Shown here: positions 7,511-16,557 of the stretch, in pieces
How positions within the stretch are numbered: the first letter of the stretch is position 1
How the letters are laid out: every line of letters starts with the position of its first letter
Virus record (IMG/VR): IMGVR_UViG_3300008108_004834
Span: 15,844-79,843 of that record
DNA length: 64,000 bases
Source of the DNA: a virus
Reading direction: 5' to 3' (one strand)
Notes under the pieces: generated by a model
Databases searched by the model: none
What the model saw: the letters and a program-made list of their open reading frames with translations, nothing else
What the model was told of the DNA's origin: nothing
Program-made: the position numbers and the translations under genes

Positions 7511-7846
7511 TCACATATACTTAACAGCAAATCCTTCCTGTAACATTCTTTCATTTATAGAAAAACAATCGTCTTTGGTATATAATTCTCCAAGCATTCT
7601 TCCATACTTATCTTCTTTAGTTGTCTTAATTGTAATTTCTTTATCTTTAAGTTCTCTTTCCAACCATTCCTTTGCCTTTAGACCTTTATCTTTTTCTTGA
7701 AGATCTAAGGTTCTTGTTTCTGGAGCATCAATTCCCTTAAGACGGATTCTTTGTTGAACGTAAATATAAAATCCGGCATCAATTACCACATCAATCGTAT
7801 CTCCATCCACGATTCTCACGATTTCTTTTACTTTGTAAGTATACAT
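7511..7846 (-). CDS. Thermonuclease (SNase-like)
   Basis: VDGDTIDV, RIRLKGIDAPE, DKYGRMLG motifs; late promoter on the minus strand at 7860-7866. Confidence 0.9.
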   Translation of the reverse strand: MYTYKVKEIVRIVDGDTIDVVIDAGFYIYVQQRIRLKGIDAPETRTLDLQEKDKGLKAKEWLERELKDKEITIKTTKEDKYGRMLGELYTKDDCFSINERMLQEGFAVKYM

Positions 7847-7903
7847 TGGAGTTTTTGATTATTTAGGTTAAACTAAATATTATATGCAATCACTATTTTA
7901 GTT

Positions 7904-8233
7904 ATGTCAAACGATAGAAATAGAGAAAGAAAAATCATTGATATCGGGTCTCATCCATTGAAAGTAGAGTTTGTTGTGGATAACGAAATATATTTTACGG
8001 GAAAGATATCGGATATTAGTTCAATGGGATTGGGAGTTATAGTAGCATCTAATGATCGCATTGAAGTTGAATCTGGCCAGAAAGGAGTTTTACATATATG
8101 GAAAGTTACTAATAAATTTGTGGATATTCCCGTAACATGTAAGTGGATGAACAAAAATTATGGGGTAAAGTTTTATGGATTTGAAACTGAGGTAAATCTA
8201 TACGACACAGAACTCAGGCAGTATTTGGAATAA
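7904..8233 (+). CDS. PilZ-domain protein (putative c-di-GMP receptor)
   Basis: RxxxR (RNRER) and DxSxxG (DISSMG) motifs, C-terminal 'CKW...YGFE' strand pattern, 109 aa; late promoter CTAAATA at 7873-7879. Confidence 0.75.
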   Translation: MSNDRNRERKIIDIGSHPLKVEFVVDNEIYFTGKISDISSMGLGVIVASNDRIEVESGQKGVLHIWKVTNKFVDIPVTCKWMNKNYGVKFYGFETEVNLYDTELRQYLE

Positions 8234-8263
8234 ATACTCTTAAGAAATATTGGTAGATTATAC

Positions 8264-9100
8264 GTGGCATTAGATAGACCTTCAGACATAGAAGATACCT
8301 TAGATCTTTCTGATTTTTTTTCTTTAGTAAATACTGAGAAAAAAAGACAAAAGGAGGAGTTCTCTTCTATTGTCGGTGATTTGGGTTTAGATTCTATTTT
8401 TGAAGAAGTAAAGACATTAAAAAAGAAAAATAAAATAAAGAAAAAAAAGGACAAAAAAACTTTAGAAACTTTTGAGAATTGGTTGTATTCAGATAATACA
8501 AAAAAGCAACCAATACAAGAGGTGCAAGAAATTGTGGAGGAAGTTATTGAAGAAGTTCAAGAAATTGTAGATAATATAGTAGAAGAATCTTCGGAAAAAC
8601 CTAAAGAAAATTCAACTCTTATAGAAAAATCTTTAGGTCTTCTTGCAGAACCATCGGACGCTAAAATTCAACAAGACTCACTAACTCCACTGAATCAAAA
8701 GTTTGCGACACTTGAGGATCTTCAGAAACATTATAATCTTTTCCTTTCGAGAATTCAGCAACAACTTTCTACGTTAGGTGGAGGTGGTGAGACAAATCTG
8801 GCATATATGGATATGCCTCTTACATATGTCACTACTTCATCTTATACAGTAACTCCACAAGATTATTATATTGGTGTTAATTATGCAGGAGCAGTTACAA
8901 TCACTCTTCCAACACCAAGGAAGGATGGAAAGACCTACATAGTAAAAGATGAACTTGGAGAAGCGTCCAAGGGAGTAAATAGGTATATCACGATCCTCCC
9001 ATCTGGTTCTGATACTATTGATGGTAGAGACAGGGCATTTATTGCTTATGATTATGGGTCACTTACTTTTGTTTATAGAAACGGTTGGAGAGTAGTCTAA
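8264..9100 (+). CDS. Hypothetical, probably virion-associated protein
   Basis: Charged N-terminus, 'LSRIQQQLSTLGGGGE' linker, beta-rich C-terminal domain (YYIGVNYAGAVTITLP...IVKDE). Confidence 0.7.
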   Translation: MALDRPSDIEDTLDLSDFFSLVNTEKKRQKEEFSSIVGDLGLDSIFEEVKTLKKKNKIKKKKDKKTLETFENWLYSDNTKKQPIQEVQEIVEEVIEEVQEIVDNIVEESSEKPKENSTLIEKSLGLLAEPSDAKIQQDSLTPLNQKFATLEDLQKHYNLFLSRIQQQLSTLGGGGETNLAYMDMPLTYVTTSSYTVTPQDYYIGVNYAGAVTITLPTPRKDGKTYIVKDELGEASKGVNRYITILPSGSDTIDGRDRAFIAYDYGSLTFVYRNGWRVV

Positions 9101-10350
9101 TGTCACACTTATATAATCCATGGAAACCAGAAGATGATGCTTTTGGTAGATTAAGAACATCAAATCCATATACTCTTGGAGATTATAAGCATCTTTATTC
9201 CATTGACCCGGATTTTGTAGATGTGAAAGTTGGTACGGGAGCAACTATAACTTTTGATGTAAATCAAGCTGCAGCAATTTTAAGTTCTGGTATCAGTACT
9301 AATGGATATACTATTCACCAGACAAAAAGATATCATCATTACATGCCCGGTAAATCTCAATTGATTTTCTCTACATTTAATTTTGGTGCAGCACAACAAA
9401 ATGTATATAAGAGAACTGGATACTTTGATGATAGAGATGGTATTTTCTTTGAACAAGCACCAGATGGAACTTTGAGTTTTGTAATTAGATCTTATGTAAC
9501 CGGTATTGCTTCAGATAGAAGAGTTACTCAATCCGAATGGAATAGAGATAGGTTGAATGGACAAGACCCTTCTGGATTTACATTAGATATTACTAAAACT
9601 CAATTGTTCTTTACTGACTTTGAATGGTTGGGTGTTGGTAGAGTTCGTTGTGGATTTGCACTTGATGGTAAGAATGTTGTCTGTCACGAATTTTATAATG
9701 CAAATCATATTCCAACAGTTTATATGTCCAATCCAAATCTTCCAGTAAGATGTGAGGTTAGAAATACTGGAACGCAAGTAGGTGCTGGTGGTTCCTTTAT
9801 TCAAATTTGTTCTACTGTAATGAGTGAAGGTGGATATGTAGAGGCAGGTAGAGAATTTTCGCATACAACAAATCTTAGAACTGTTGGTGTGGGTACTACA
9901 GTTCCTATTATTGCAATTAGACTCAAGAATTCATATAAAGGATATCCAAATAGAGCAACAGTAAAACTTGAAGATGTTTCTGTGTTTAGTAATGGATCAA
10001 ATGTAAAATATGAAGTTGTAAAATTTAGAAGTTCTGTTGGAATTAATACAACAGGAACTTGGGAATCTGAGAATACAGAATCAGTTGTTGAATTTAATCA
10101 ATCTGCAACTGGAATTAGTACTGCGTATTTTGAAGACTTTATGGGTGGTTATGCTGCAGGAGAAAGTCAAAACTCACAAAAACCAACGGCAACAACTGCA
10201 GATGCTCAATCTGGACCAACATCTAAGAAAAATTATATAACACAAAATTTTGATTCAACGGACTCAGAACTCTTTTCAGTCCGAGTAAGTAATATAGGTG
10301 ATGCTAGTACCAATGTAGGTGTCTCTATAAGGTGGAGAGAAATTTATTGA
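9100..10350 (+). CDS. Hypothetical beta-rich protein, probably structural
   Basis: ATG coupled to the upstream TAA; DAFGRLRTS, YMPGKS and EWLGVG motifs. Confidence 0.7.
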   Translation: MSHLYNPWKPEDDAFGRLRTSNPYTLGDYKHLYSIDPDFVDVKVGTGATITFDVNQAAAILSSGISTNGYTIHQTKRYHHYMPGKSQLIFSTFNFGAAQQNVYKRTGYFDDRDGIFFEQAPDGTLSFVIRSYVTGIASDRRVTQSEWNRDRLNGQDPSGFTLDITKTQLFFTDFEWLGVGRVRCGFALDGKNVVCHEFYNANHIPTVYMSNPNLPVRCEVRNTGTQVGAGGSFIQICSTVMSEGGYVEAGREFSHTTNLRTVGVGTTVPIIAIRLKNSYKGYPNRATVKLEDVSVFSNGSNVKYEVVKFRSSVGINTTGTWESENTESVVEFNQSATGISTAYFEDFMGGYAAGESQNSQKPTATTADAQSGPTSKKNYITQNFDSTDSELFSVRVSNIGDASTNVGVSIRWREIY

Positions 10351-10394
10351 GGGGATGGGGGGACACCTTTGAAACTGGACCCTCACCAGGCCCC

Positions 10395-10428
10395 TTGACG
10401 GACGGGTGAAGTTCTGTTACAATAAATA
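10395..10428 (+). promoter_or_regulatory. psbA promoter: sigma70 type plus overlapping late promoter
   Basis: TTGACG(10395)-17 nt-TACAAT(10418); AATAAATA at 10421-10428. Confidence 0.75.
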
Positions 10429-10464
10429 CATACACGGGTTAAGGAATGTAACGATTTCTAATCC

Positions 10465-10565
10465 GTGTCTTCTCCAACCGGGATCAAGAGAAGTAAAGCA
10501 TCCCTCATATCCACATCGGAGGGTGATGTGGAGATATTTCGTACCATTCAGTACCCCCTGAATTA
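10465..10565 (+). ncRNA. Structured psbA 5' leader, PhotoRC-II-like motif
   Basis: Possible pairings CTTCTC/GAGAAG, GGGAT/ATCCC and TCCACATC/GATGTGGA with a GAGGGT loop. Position matches the known cyanophage PhotoRC-II motif. Confidence 0.55.
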
Positions 10566-10584
10566 CTACTTACCCTTTTAACAA

Positions 10585-11667
10585 ATGACTGCTACAATTG
10601 CTTCACGCCGTTCTGGCGAAAACCTCTGGGAATCTTTCTGCCAGTGGATTACTTCAACCGATAACCGTCTTTATGTTGGTTGGTTCGGTGTTCTAATGAT
10701 TCCGACGTTGCTTGCTGCGACTACTTGCTTCATTATCGCATTCATCGGTGCTCCTCCTGTGGACATTGATGGCATTCGTGAACCAGTCGCTGGTTCTCTG
10801 ATGTACGGAAACAACATCATCTCTGGTGCCGTTGTTCCTTCCTCTAATGCTATCGGACTTCACTTCTATCCTATCTGGGAAGCAGCGAGTCTTGATGAAT
10901 GGCTTTACAACGGTGGGCCTTTCCAACTTGTTGTATTTCACTTCCTGATTGGCATTTATGCTTACATGGGACGTGAATGGGAACTCTCTTACCGTCTAGG
11001 TATGCGTCCTTGGATCTGCGTTGCTTACAGTGCTCCTGTTGCTGCTGCTTCTGCTGTATTCCTGGTCTATCCTTTCGGTCAAGGTTCTTTCTCTGATGCA
11101 ATGCCTCTTGGTATTAGTGGAACTTTCAACTACATGCTTGTTTTCCAAGCAGAACACAATATTCTGATGCACCCCTTCCACATGCTTGGAGTTGCTGGTG
11201 TGTTCGGTGGTTCTCTGTTCTCTGCGATGCACGGTTCGCTTGTAACCTCTTCGCTGGTTCGTGAAACTACTGAGAACGAGTCACAGAACTATGGTTATAA
11301 GTTCGGTCAAGAAGAAGAGACCTACAACATTGTTGCTGCTCATGGTTACTTTGGTCGTCTTATCTTCCAATATGCTTCGTTCAACAACTCACGTTCACTT
11401 CACTTCTTCCTTGCTGCCTGGCCCGTTGTAGGCATCTGGTTCACTGCTCTTGGTGTTTCCACGATGGCATTCAATTTGAATGGCTTCAACTTTAACCAGA
11501 GCATCACTGATAGTCAGAACCGTGTAGTAAATACTTGGGCTGATGTTCTAAACCGTGCTGGACTCGGATTAGAGGTGATGCATGAGAGAAACGCACACAA
11601 CTTTCCTTTGGACCTTGCTGCTGTTGAGAACACACCTGTTGCCTTGACTGCTCCAACCATCGGTTGA
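10585..11667 (+). CDS. psbA: Photosystem II D1 protein (intron-less, E130-type)
   Basis: Full-length 360-aa D1: [30 protein letters not shown]. Confidence 0.99.
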   Translation: MTATIASRRSGENLWESFCQWITSTDNRLYVGWFGVLMIPTLLAATTCFIIAFIGAPPVDIDGIREPVAGSLMYGNNIISGAVVPSSNAIGLHFYPIWEAASLDEWLYNGGPFQLVVFHFLIGIYAYMGREWELSYRLGMRPWICVAYSAPVAAASAVFLVYPFGQGSFSDAMPLGISGTFNYMLVFQAEHNILMHPFHMLGVAGVFGGSLFSAMHGSLVTSSLVRETTENESQNYGYKFGQEEETYNIVAAHGYFGRLIFQYASFNNSRSLHFFLAAWPVVGIWFTALGVSTMAFNLNGFNFNQSITDSQNRVVNTWADVLNRAGLGLEVMHERNAHNFPLDLAAVENTPVALTAPTIG

Positions 11668-11692
11668 GTTTCTTAAAACAGAATACTTCACG

Positions 11693-11718
11693 AAAGAGAC
11701 CTTCGGGTCTCTTTTTTT
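11693..11718 (+). terminator. Rho-independent terminator with UUCG loop
   Basis: AAAGAGACC-TTCG-GGTCTCTTT plus T-run. Confidence 0.9.
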
Positions 11719-11763
11719 ATGCTATAATGCATAAATAGTTCCATACCAAACTTCCATACCATA

Positions 11764-12129
11764 ATGAAAACTTGTAGCAGATGCGGGCAAACAAAAGAAC
11801 TTGATGGGTTCTCTAAAAGAAGCAGCAGACCTTCTGGTGTTCAATCAAAGTGTAAGGACTGTGAACGGGAAGTTCGTAGGCAGTACTATAAGACCCACGA
11901 ATATGCCAGACGTAGATTTAAACTTACTGAAGACCAATATAATGACCTGATGAAAAATGAGAAATGTCAAATATGTAATGTAGAACTAACAAAGAAATGT
12001 ATAGACCACTGCCACTCTACAAATAAGGTTCGTGGTGTTCTCTGCAATAACTGCAACACGGCTCTTGGTCTTGTAGGAGATAATATAGATACCTTACAAA
12101 AAATGATTCAATATCTAAATGTCTCATAA
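11764..12129 (+). mobile_element. Free-standing homing endonuclease, endonuclease VII family (F-CphI-like position)
   Basis: N-terminal CxxC...CxxC; CQIC...IDHCHSTNKVRGVLCNNCNTALG; own late promoter CATAAATA at 11730-11737; directly downstream of psbA. Confidence 0.85.
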
Positions 12130-12235
12130 TACTCAACACGAACCTATGCCAAACTGGGTAATCTGGGCAGGCATAGGTATGCTAGTTTTCATAGTTCTCG
12201 TATTTGTCCTGTTCACCCTTGGGCAGATTTATTGA
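12119..12235 (+). CDS. 38-aa single-TM protein (MSHNTQHEPMPNWVIWAGIGMLVFIVLVFVLFTLGQIY); not in ORF track
   Basis: Hand translation; overlaps the endonuclease stop. Confidence 0.6.
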   Translation: MSHNTQHEPMPNWVIWAGIGMLVFIVLVFVLFTLGQIY

Positions 12236-12254
12236 GAATAAGCAATAATACTCA

Positions 12255-12288
12255 TTGACTCTTTTGTTAAGAAGTGTTAACATAAATA
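12255..12288 (+). promoter_or_regulatory. Promoter of the psbD unit, sigma70 type plus late type
   Basis: TTGACT(12255)-17 nt-TAACAT(12278); CATAAATA at 12281-12288. Confidence 0.65.
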
Positions 12289-12313
12289 CAACAAATCTTA
12301 ATGGAGGGATTTT

Positions 12314-12547
12314 GTGATTGGCAATCTTGAACCTGAAGAAAATGTTCTTCAATGGTTTGAACAAACTTCGGATGAGCCTTATACTCGTCACGATTATAAA
12401 ATAGTTTATACCAATAAAAAACCTGTAGTTTTTGATAACTATGAGGACTTTAGGAAATCCTGGTGGGAAACTCCTAATCAGTTTTTAAGTCACAGTGAAG
12501 TTTTAGATCACAAAGAAAAGAAAAATAAATCTGGAGGATTTAAATAA
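12314..12547 (+). CDS. Hypothetical protein
   Basis: GGAGG RBS and GTG start; ends KSGGFK. Confidence 0.7.
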   Translation: MIGNLEPEENVLQWFEQTSDEPYTRHDYKIVYTNKKPVVFDNYEDFRKSWWETPNQFLSHSEVLDHKEKKNKSGGFK

Positions 12548-12549
12548 CA

Positions 12550-13611
12550 ATGGTTTCATCAACGCTCACACAACCTATTTCACGGAGAGGATGGTTTGAT
12601 GTCTTGGATGACTGGCTTAAACGAGATCGCTTTGTCTTTGTGGGTTGGTCTGGATTACTTCTTTTTCCCACTGCTTATCTGGCCCTTGGTGGCTGGCTTA
12701 CTGGCACAACGTTTGTTACTAGTTGGTACACCCACGGGTTGGCGTCTTCTTACCTTGAGGGCGCTAATTTCCTCACAGCAGCTGTGTCAACGCCTGCTGA
12801 TGCTATGGGTCATTCTCTTCTTCTACTTTGGGGCCCTGAGTCTCAAGGGGATTTCGTCAGGTGGTGCCAACTTGGCGGACTCTGGCCTTTTGTGGCACTC
12901 CACGGGTCTTTCGCTCTAATTGGATTCATGCTTCGTCAGTTTGAGATTGCTCGTCTGGTAGGCATCCGTCCTTACAATGCAATCGCATTCTCTGGTCCTA
13001 TTGCCGTATTCGTTTCTGTATTCCTGATGTATCCACTGGGTCAATCCAGTTGGTTCTTTGCTCCCTCCTTTGGAGTCGCAGCAATCTTCAGGTTCCTTCT
13101 GTTTCTTCAGGGTTTCCACAACTGGACCCTCAACCCCTTCCATATGATGGGAGTTGCTGGTATACTGGGTGGAGCACTGCTCTGTGCCATTCACGGAGCA
13201 ACTGTAGAAAACACTCTATTTGAAGATGGTGAACAAGCAAACACATTCAAGGCATTTGAACCTACCCAGGAAGAAGAAACCTATTCAATGGTTACTGCAA
13301 ATCGTTTCTGGTCACAGATCTTTGGTATCGCTTTTAGTAATAAGCGTTGGCTGCATTTCTTTATGCTTTTCGTCCCTGTTATGGGGCTTTGGACCTCTTC
13401 AATTGGTATTATTGGGCTTGCTCTTAATCTTCGTGCTTACGATTTCGTAAGTCAGGAGATTCGTGCCGCAGAAGATCCTGAGTTTGAAACGTTCTATACA
13501 AAGAACATTCTTCTGAATGAAGGACTTCGTGCTTGGATGGCACCAGTAGACCAACCACATGAACAATTTGTATTCCCTGAGGAAGTTCTTCCAAGAGGCA
13601 ATGCACTGTGA
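12550..13611 (+). CDS. psbD: Photosystem II D2 protein
   Basis: [16 protein letters not shown] ... [10 protein letters not shown]. Confidence 0.99.
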   Translation: MVSSTLTQPISRRGWFDVLDDWLKRDRFVFVGWSGLLLFPTAYLALGGWLTGTTFVTSWYTHGLASSYLEGANFLTAAVSTPADAMGHSLLLLWGPESQGDFVRWCQLGGLWPFVALHGSFALIGFMLRQFEIARLVGIRPYNAIAFSGPIAVFVSVFLMYPLGQSSWFFAPSFGVAAIFRFLLFLQGFHNWTLNPFHMMGVAGILGGALLCAIHGATVENTLFEDGEQANTFKAFEPTQEEETYSMVTANRFWSQIFGIAFSNKRWLHFFMLFVPVMGLWTSSIGIIGLALNLRAYDFVSQEIRAAEDPEFETFYTKNILLNEGLRAWMAPVDQPHEQFVFPEEVLPRGNAL

Positions 13612-13742
13612 ACCCTCAGTATATTCTGTACTTGGTTCTCTTTGTATTTGCTCTAATCATTATTCTCAATGAGGATCATGATAATGATGATGATCAAGAT
13701 GGGGGAATTTTACAACCCGTTTATTCGCAAGGACAAACTTAA
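13608..13742 (+). CDS. 44-aa TM protein with acidic tail ([39 protein letters not shown]...); not in ORF track
   Basis: GTGA overlap with the psbD stop. Confidence 0.65.
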   Translation: MNPQYILYLVLFVFALIIILNEDHDNDDDQDGGILQPVYSQGQT

Positions 13743-13751
13743 AATAAATAA

Positions 13752-13775
13752 GGGAGTCCTCTGGACTCCTTTTTT
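13752..13775 (+). terminator. Rho-independent terminator
   Basis: GGAGTCC-TCT-GGACTCC plus T-run. Confidence 0.8.
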
Positions 13776-13923
13776 ATGCTACTAATACTCACATTCTTCA
13801 TATTCTTCGGAATCTTCATGTTCGTAGTGTCTCTATTTCCTTGATTCAATATCTTCATCCCATAACAATCTGATGACAGTAAAAAAGAACTAGGTATAAT
13901 TACTAAGGAGTTCTTTTTCTTTT

Positions 13924-14583
13924 ATGAAGATCTTTTTAGATACAGCAGATGTTTCAATGATTACTCCAGCATATGACGCTGGACTACTAGATGGAGTTAC
14001 TACAAATCCCACTTTGATTCTTAAAAGTGGCAGACAACTCCAAGAAGTTATTAGTGAAATTGCAACAATATTTCCAGAGTTAGAAAGCATTTCGGCAGAA
14101 GTCGTTGCTGATACTTCTGAAGAAATGCTTTCGCAGGCACAAAAGTATTACACAATTTCGCCAGCAGTTACGATTAAAGTTCCTTGTACTGTAGAAGGAT
14201 TGAAGGCTTGTAAGCATCTTTCTTCACTTGGAATCAAAACAAATGTAACTCTTGTGTTCTCTGTAGCACAAGCAATTCTGGCATCAAAGGCAGGGGCAAC
14301 TTATATCTCACCATTTGTTGGAAGATGGATGGATAATTCTGTAGACGGTATTGAACTCATCAAGAATATTCGTGAGGTGTTTGACCGTTCATATACTCCT
14401 ACAGAAATTCTTGCTGCATCTATTCGTGACGTAAGGCAAGTAGAATTGTGTGCAAAGTATGGTGCAGATGTAGTCACAATTCCTCCAATTGTCTTCTGGT
14501 CAATGTATAAGAACATTATGACTGAGAAAGGTTTGGAGCAATTTGATAAGGATTGGAAAGAAGTTCTTAAAGAAAAGGAATGA
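13924..14583 (+). CDS. talC: Transaldolase (TalC/FSA family)
   Basis: IFLDTAD, GVTTNPTL, IKVP, NVTLVFS, YISPFVGR, ILAASIR. Confidence 0.95.
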   Translation: MKIFLDTADVSMITPAYDAGLLDGVTTNPTLILKSGRQLQEVISEIATIFPELESISAEVVADTSEEMLSQAQKYYTISPAVTIKVPCTVEGLKACKHLSSLGIKTNVTLVFSVAQAILASKAGATYISPFVGRWMDNSVDGIELIKNIREVFDRSYTPTEILAASIRDVRQVELCAKYGADVVTIPPIVFWSMYKNIMTEKGLEQFDKDWKEVLKEKE

Positions 14584-14786
14584 AAAGAGAAGAACAGTGT
14601 TGGCACTTCGTAATGTCTTCATTTGCTAGAACATATGGAGTTGAAGTATCTACACGCGAACAAAAATTTCACGAAATTGCACTTCAATGGTGTGACGATC
14701 ATAATTATACTTGCGATGTTCATCTGGACGATTTAGATAAAGTTGATTTGTATTTTAGAAACATTTACGAAAACTGGGAGAATTAA
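14580..14786 (+). CDS. Hypothetical protein
   Basis: 68-aa ORF coupled between talC and gnd. Confidence 0.7.
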   Translation: MKREEQCWHFVMSSFARTYGVEVSTREQKFHEIALQWCDDHNYTCDVHLDDLDKVDLYFRNIYENWEN

Positions 14787-15830
14787 ATGAAAGTAGGGAT
14801 GATTGGTTTAGGACGAATGGGGGAAGGAATGTCTCGTCGTATGATGAAGGCAGGAATTGAAGTCTGGGGTTATAGGAGAAACCTAGATAAGGCAAATGAA
14901 TCTTTTGAAAAGGGATATGTAAACGGAATTGCAACTTCCATACAAACTCTTGCTCAAGTAGTAAAACATACCCAGAGTGGAGTATCGGACAAATATGGTC
15001 CAGGAATTTTTATGATGGTTGTGCCAGCAGAAAATGTAGAGGAGACAATTAATGAGTTACTACGATATTGTGACGAAGGAGATATTATTATTGATCATGG
15101 CAATAGCAATTTTAAAGACAGTCGGAAGAGAGCAGAACGTCTGGCAAAACTTGGTATCCAATATATTGATTGTGGCACTAGCGGTGGTGTTTACGGCCTG
15201 GATCGTGGATACTGTCTTATGGTTGGCGGTGGAGATACTGCAGTCGCCACTTGTAAGAGCATTTTTAATGCCCTTGCCCCAGGAGTCGGTGCTGCCCCAA
15301 GGACTGAGTTTGACTCACCTGTAACTTCTGCAGAGCACGGTTGGTTGCATTGTGGTGGACCAGGCGCAGGACATTTCGTGAAGATGGTGCATAATGGCAT
15401 TGAGTATGGTATGATGCAGGCATATGCAGAAGGATTCAACATTATCAAGAATGCTAACAATGGAGCACAATATGTTAGAGAAGGAGACGCAGAGGTTGCT
15501 CCAATGGCAGACCCAGAAAGTTATTGCTATGACATTGACGTTGCTGAAGTTGCTGAGTTATGGCGTCGTGGTAGTGTCGTTGGTAGTTGGTTACTTGATC
15601 TTACTGCTTCTGTGCTGCGAGGCAACCCAAATCTTACACAATTCTCTGGAGGCGTATCCGATAGTGGTGAGGGTCGTTGGACTGTCAATGCCGCTGTTGA
15701 TCTGGGGATTCCTGCTCCTGTCATCACTACTGCCCTTTATGAAAGATTTAACTCAAGACTTTTGGGGTCATTCGGAGCAAAAATCTTGAACGGAATGCGT
15801 TATATGTTTGGTGGACATTTGACAAGATAA
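14787..15830 (+). CDS. gnd: 6-phosphogluconate dehydrogenase (short form)
   Basis: GMIGLGRMG, IDHGNS, DCGTSGG, GAGHFVKMVHNGIEYG, DSGEGRW, FGGH. Confidence 0.97.
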   Translation: MKVGMIGLGRMGEGMSRRMMKAGIEVWGYRRNLDKANESFEKGYVNGIATSIQTLAQVVKHTQSGVSDKYGPGIFMMVVPAENVEETINELLRYCDEGDIIIDHGNSNFKDSRKRAERLAKLGIQYIDCGTSGGVYGLDRGYCLMVGGGDTAVATCKSIFNALAPGVGAAPRTEFDSPVTSAEHGWLHCGGPGAGHFVKMVHNGIEYGMMQAYAEGFNIIKNANNGAQYVREGDAEVAPMADPESYCYDIDVAEVAELWRRGSVVGSWLLDLTASVLRGNPNLTQFSGGVSDSGEGRWTVNAAVDLGIPAPVITTALYERFNSRLLGSFGAKILNGMRYMFGGHLTR

Positions 15831-15943
15831 AATGTCTGTTGAAATTTGAAAATCAAAATTCTTGACCATTTTTCATAAATACTTTATGTTGAGTCAAGAG
15901 TATTATAATGATATGCCCCATTATAAAGAGGATTAAAAAAATT

Positions 15944-16354
15944 ATGGCCGACTTTACTTCCCGCGTTAAAAGACTATTTGAACTTCTTACTGTAGGTAGA
16001 GAAGAACTTCTTGCAGAAAATGCAGACCTTAAAGGAAGACTTGCTGCTGCTTTGGCAAATGATGCTGCCGATGCAGAAACCGTTGCTGCTGCTGAAGCTG
16101 CTGCTGCAGAGGCAGTTGCTGCTGCTACTGCTGCTGTTGCCGAGACCGAAAGACTCAGAGGACTTGTAGAGGCAGACACCGCTGAGGATGCTGCTCTAGA
16201 GGAACTCCTGGGCGCCCTGGAAGCGTCTGTAGCACCCGCCGCAGAGGCACCAGCAGCACCCGTAGAGGTTGCTCCTGAGGCACCCGTAGAGGTTCCTGCA
16301 GAGGCACCTGTAGAGGTTGTGGAAGCACCAGCAGAAGAACCTGCTGCTGAGTGA
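15944..16354 (+). CDS. Ala/Glu/Pro-rich low-complexity coiled-coil protein
   Basis: ORF track; AGAGGA RBS favours ATG 15944. Confidence 0.75.
   Translation: MADFTSRVKRLFELLTVGREELLAENADLKGRLAAALANDAADAETVAAAEAAAAEAVAAATAAVAETERLRGLVEADTAEDAALEELLGALEASVAPAAEAPAAPVEVAPEAPVEVPAEAPVEVVEAPAEEPAAE
16256..16318 (+). repeat. Three 24-nt-period coding repeats (APVEV)
   Basis: GCACCYGTAGAGGTT at 16256, 16280 and 16304. Confidence 0.85.
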
Positions 16355-16409
16355 TTGACTTTATAAAACTTACCTAATATACTGGGGGTCTTCGGATCCC
16401 CCTTTTTTG
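16355..16409 (+). promoter_or_regulatory. Sigma70 promoter followed directly by a terminator hairpin
   Basis: TTGACT(16355)-17 nt-TATACT(16378); GGGGGTC-TTCG-GATCCCC plus T-run. Confidence 0.65.
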
Positions 16410-16410
16410 T

Positions 16411-16557
16411 ATGATAGATTCAACAACACCATACAAGGTTTCCGAAATCATTAGAGATACCTGGCCTAATCTTTATCATCCTCCAAAGGATTATAAACCT
16501 CCTTCAAATTATAGGATACTTAAAAATGAATCAAATTCAAAAACTTCAACAGATTGA
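16411..16557 (+). CDS. 48-aa hypothetical protein (MIDSTTPYKVSEIIRDTWPNLY...); not in ORF track
   Basis: Hand translation. Confidence 0.55.
   Translation: MIDSTTPYKVSEIIRDTWPNLYHPPKDYKPPSNYRILKNESNSKTSTD

Noticed and set aside
10585-13611. Group I intron in psbA or psbD
   Set aside because: Both ORFs are continuous and of normal length.
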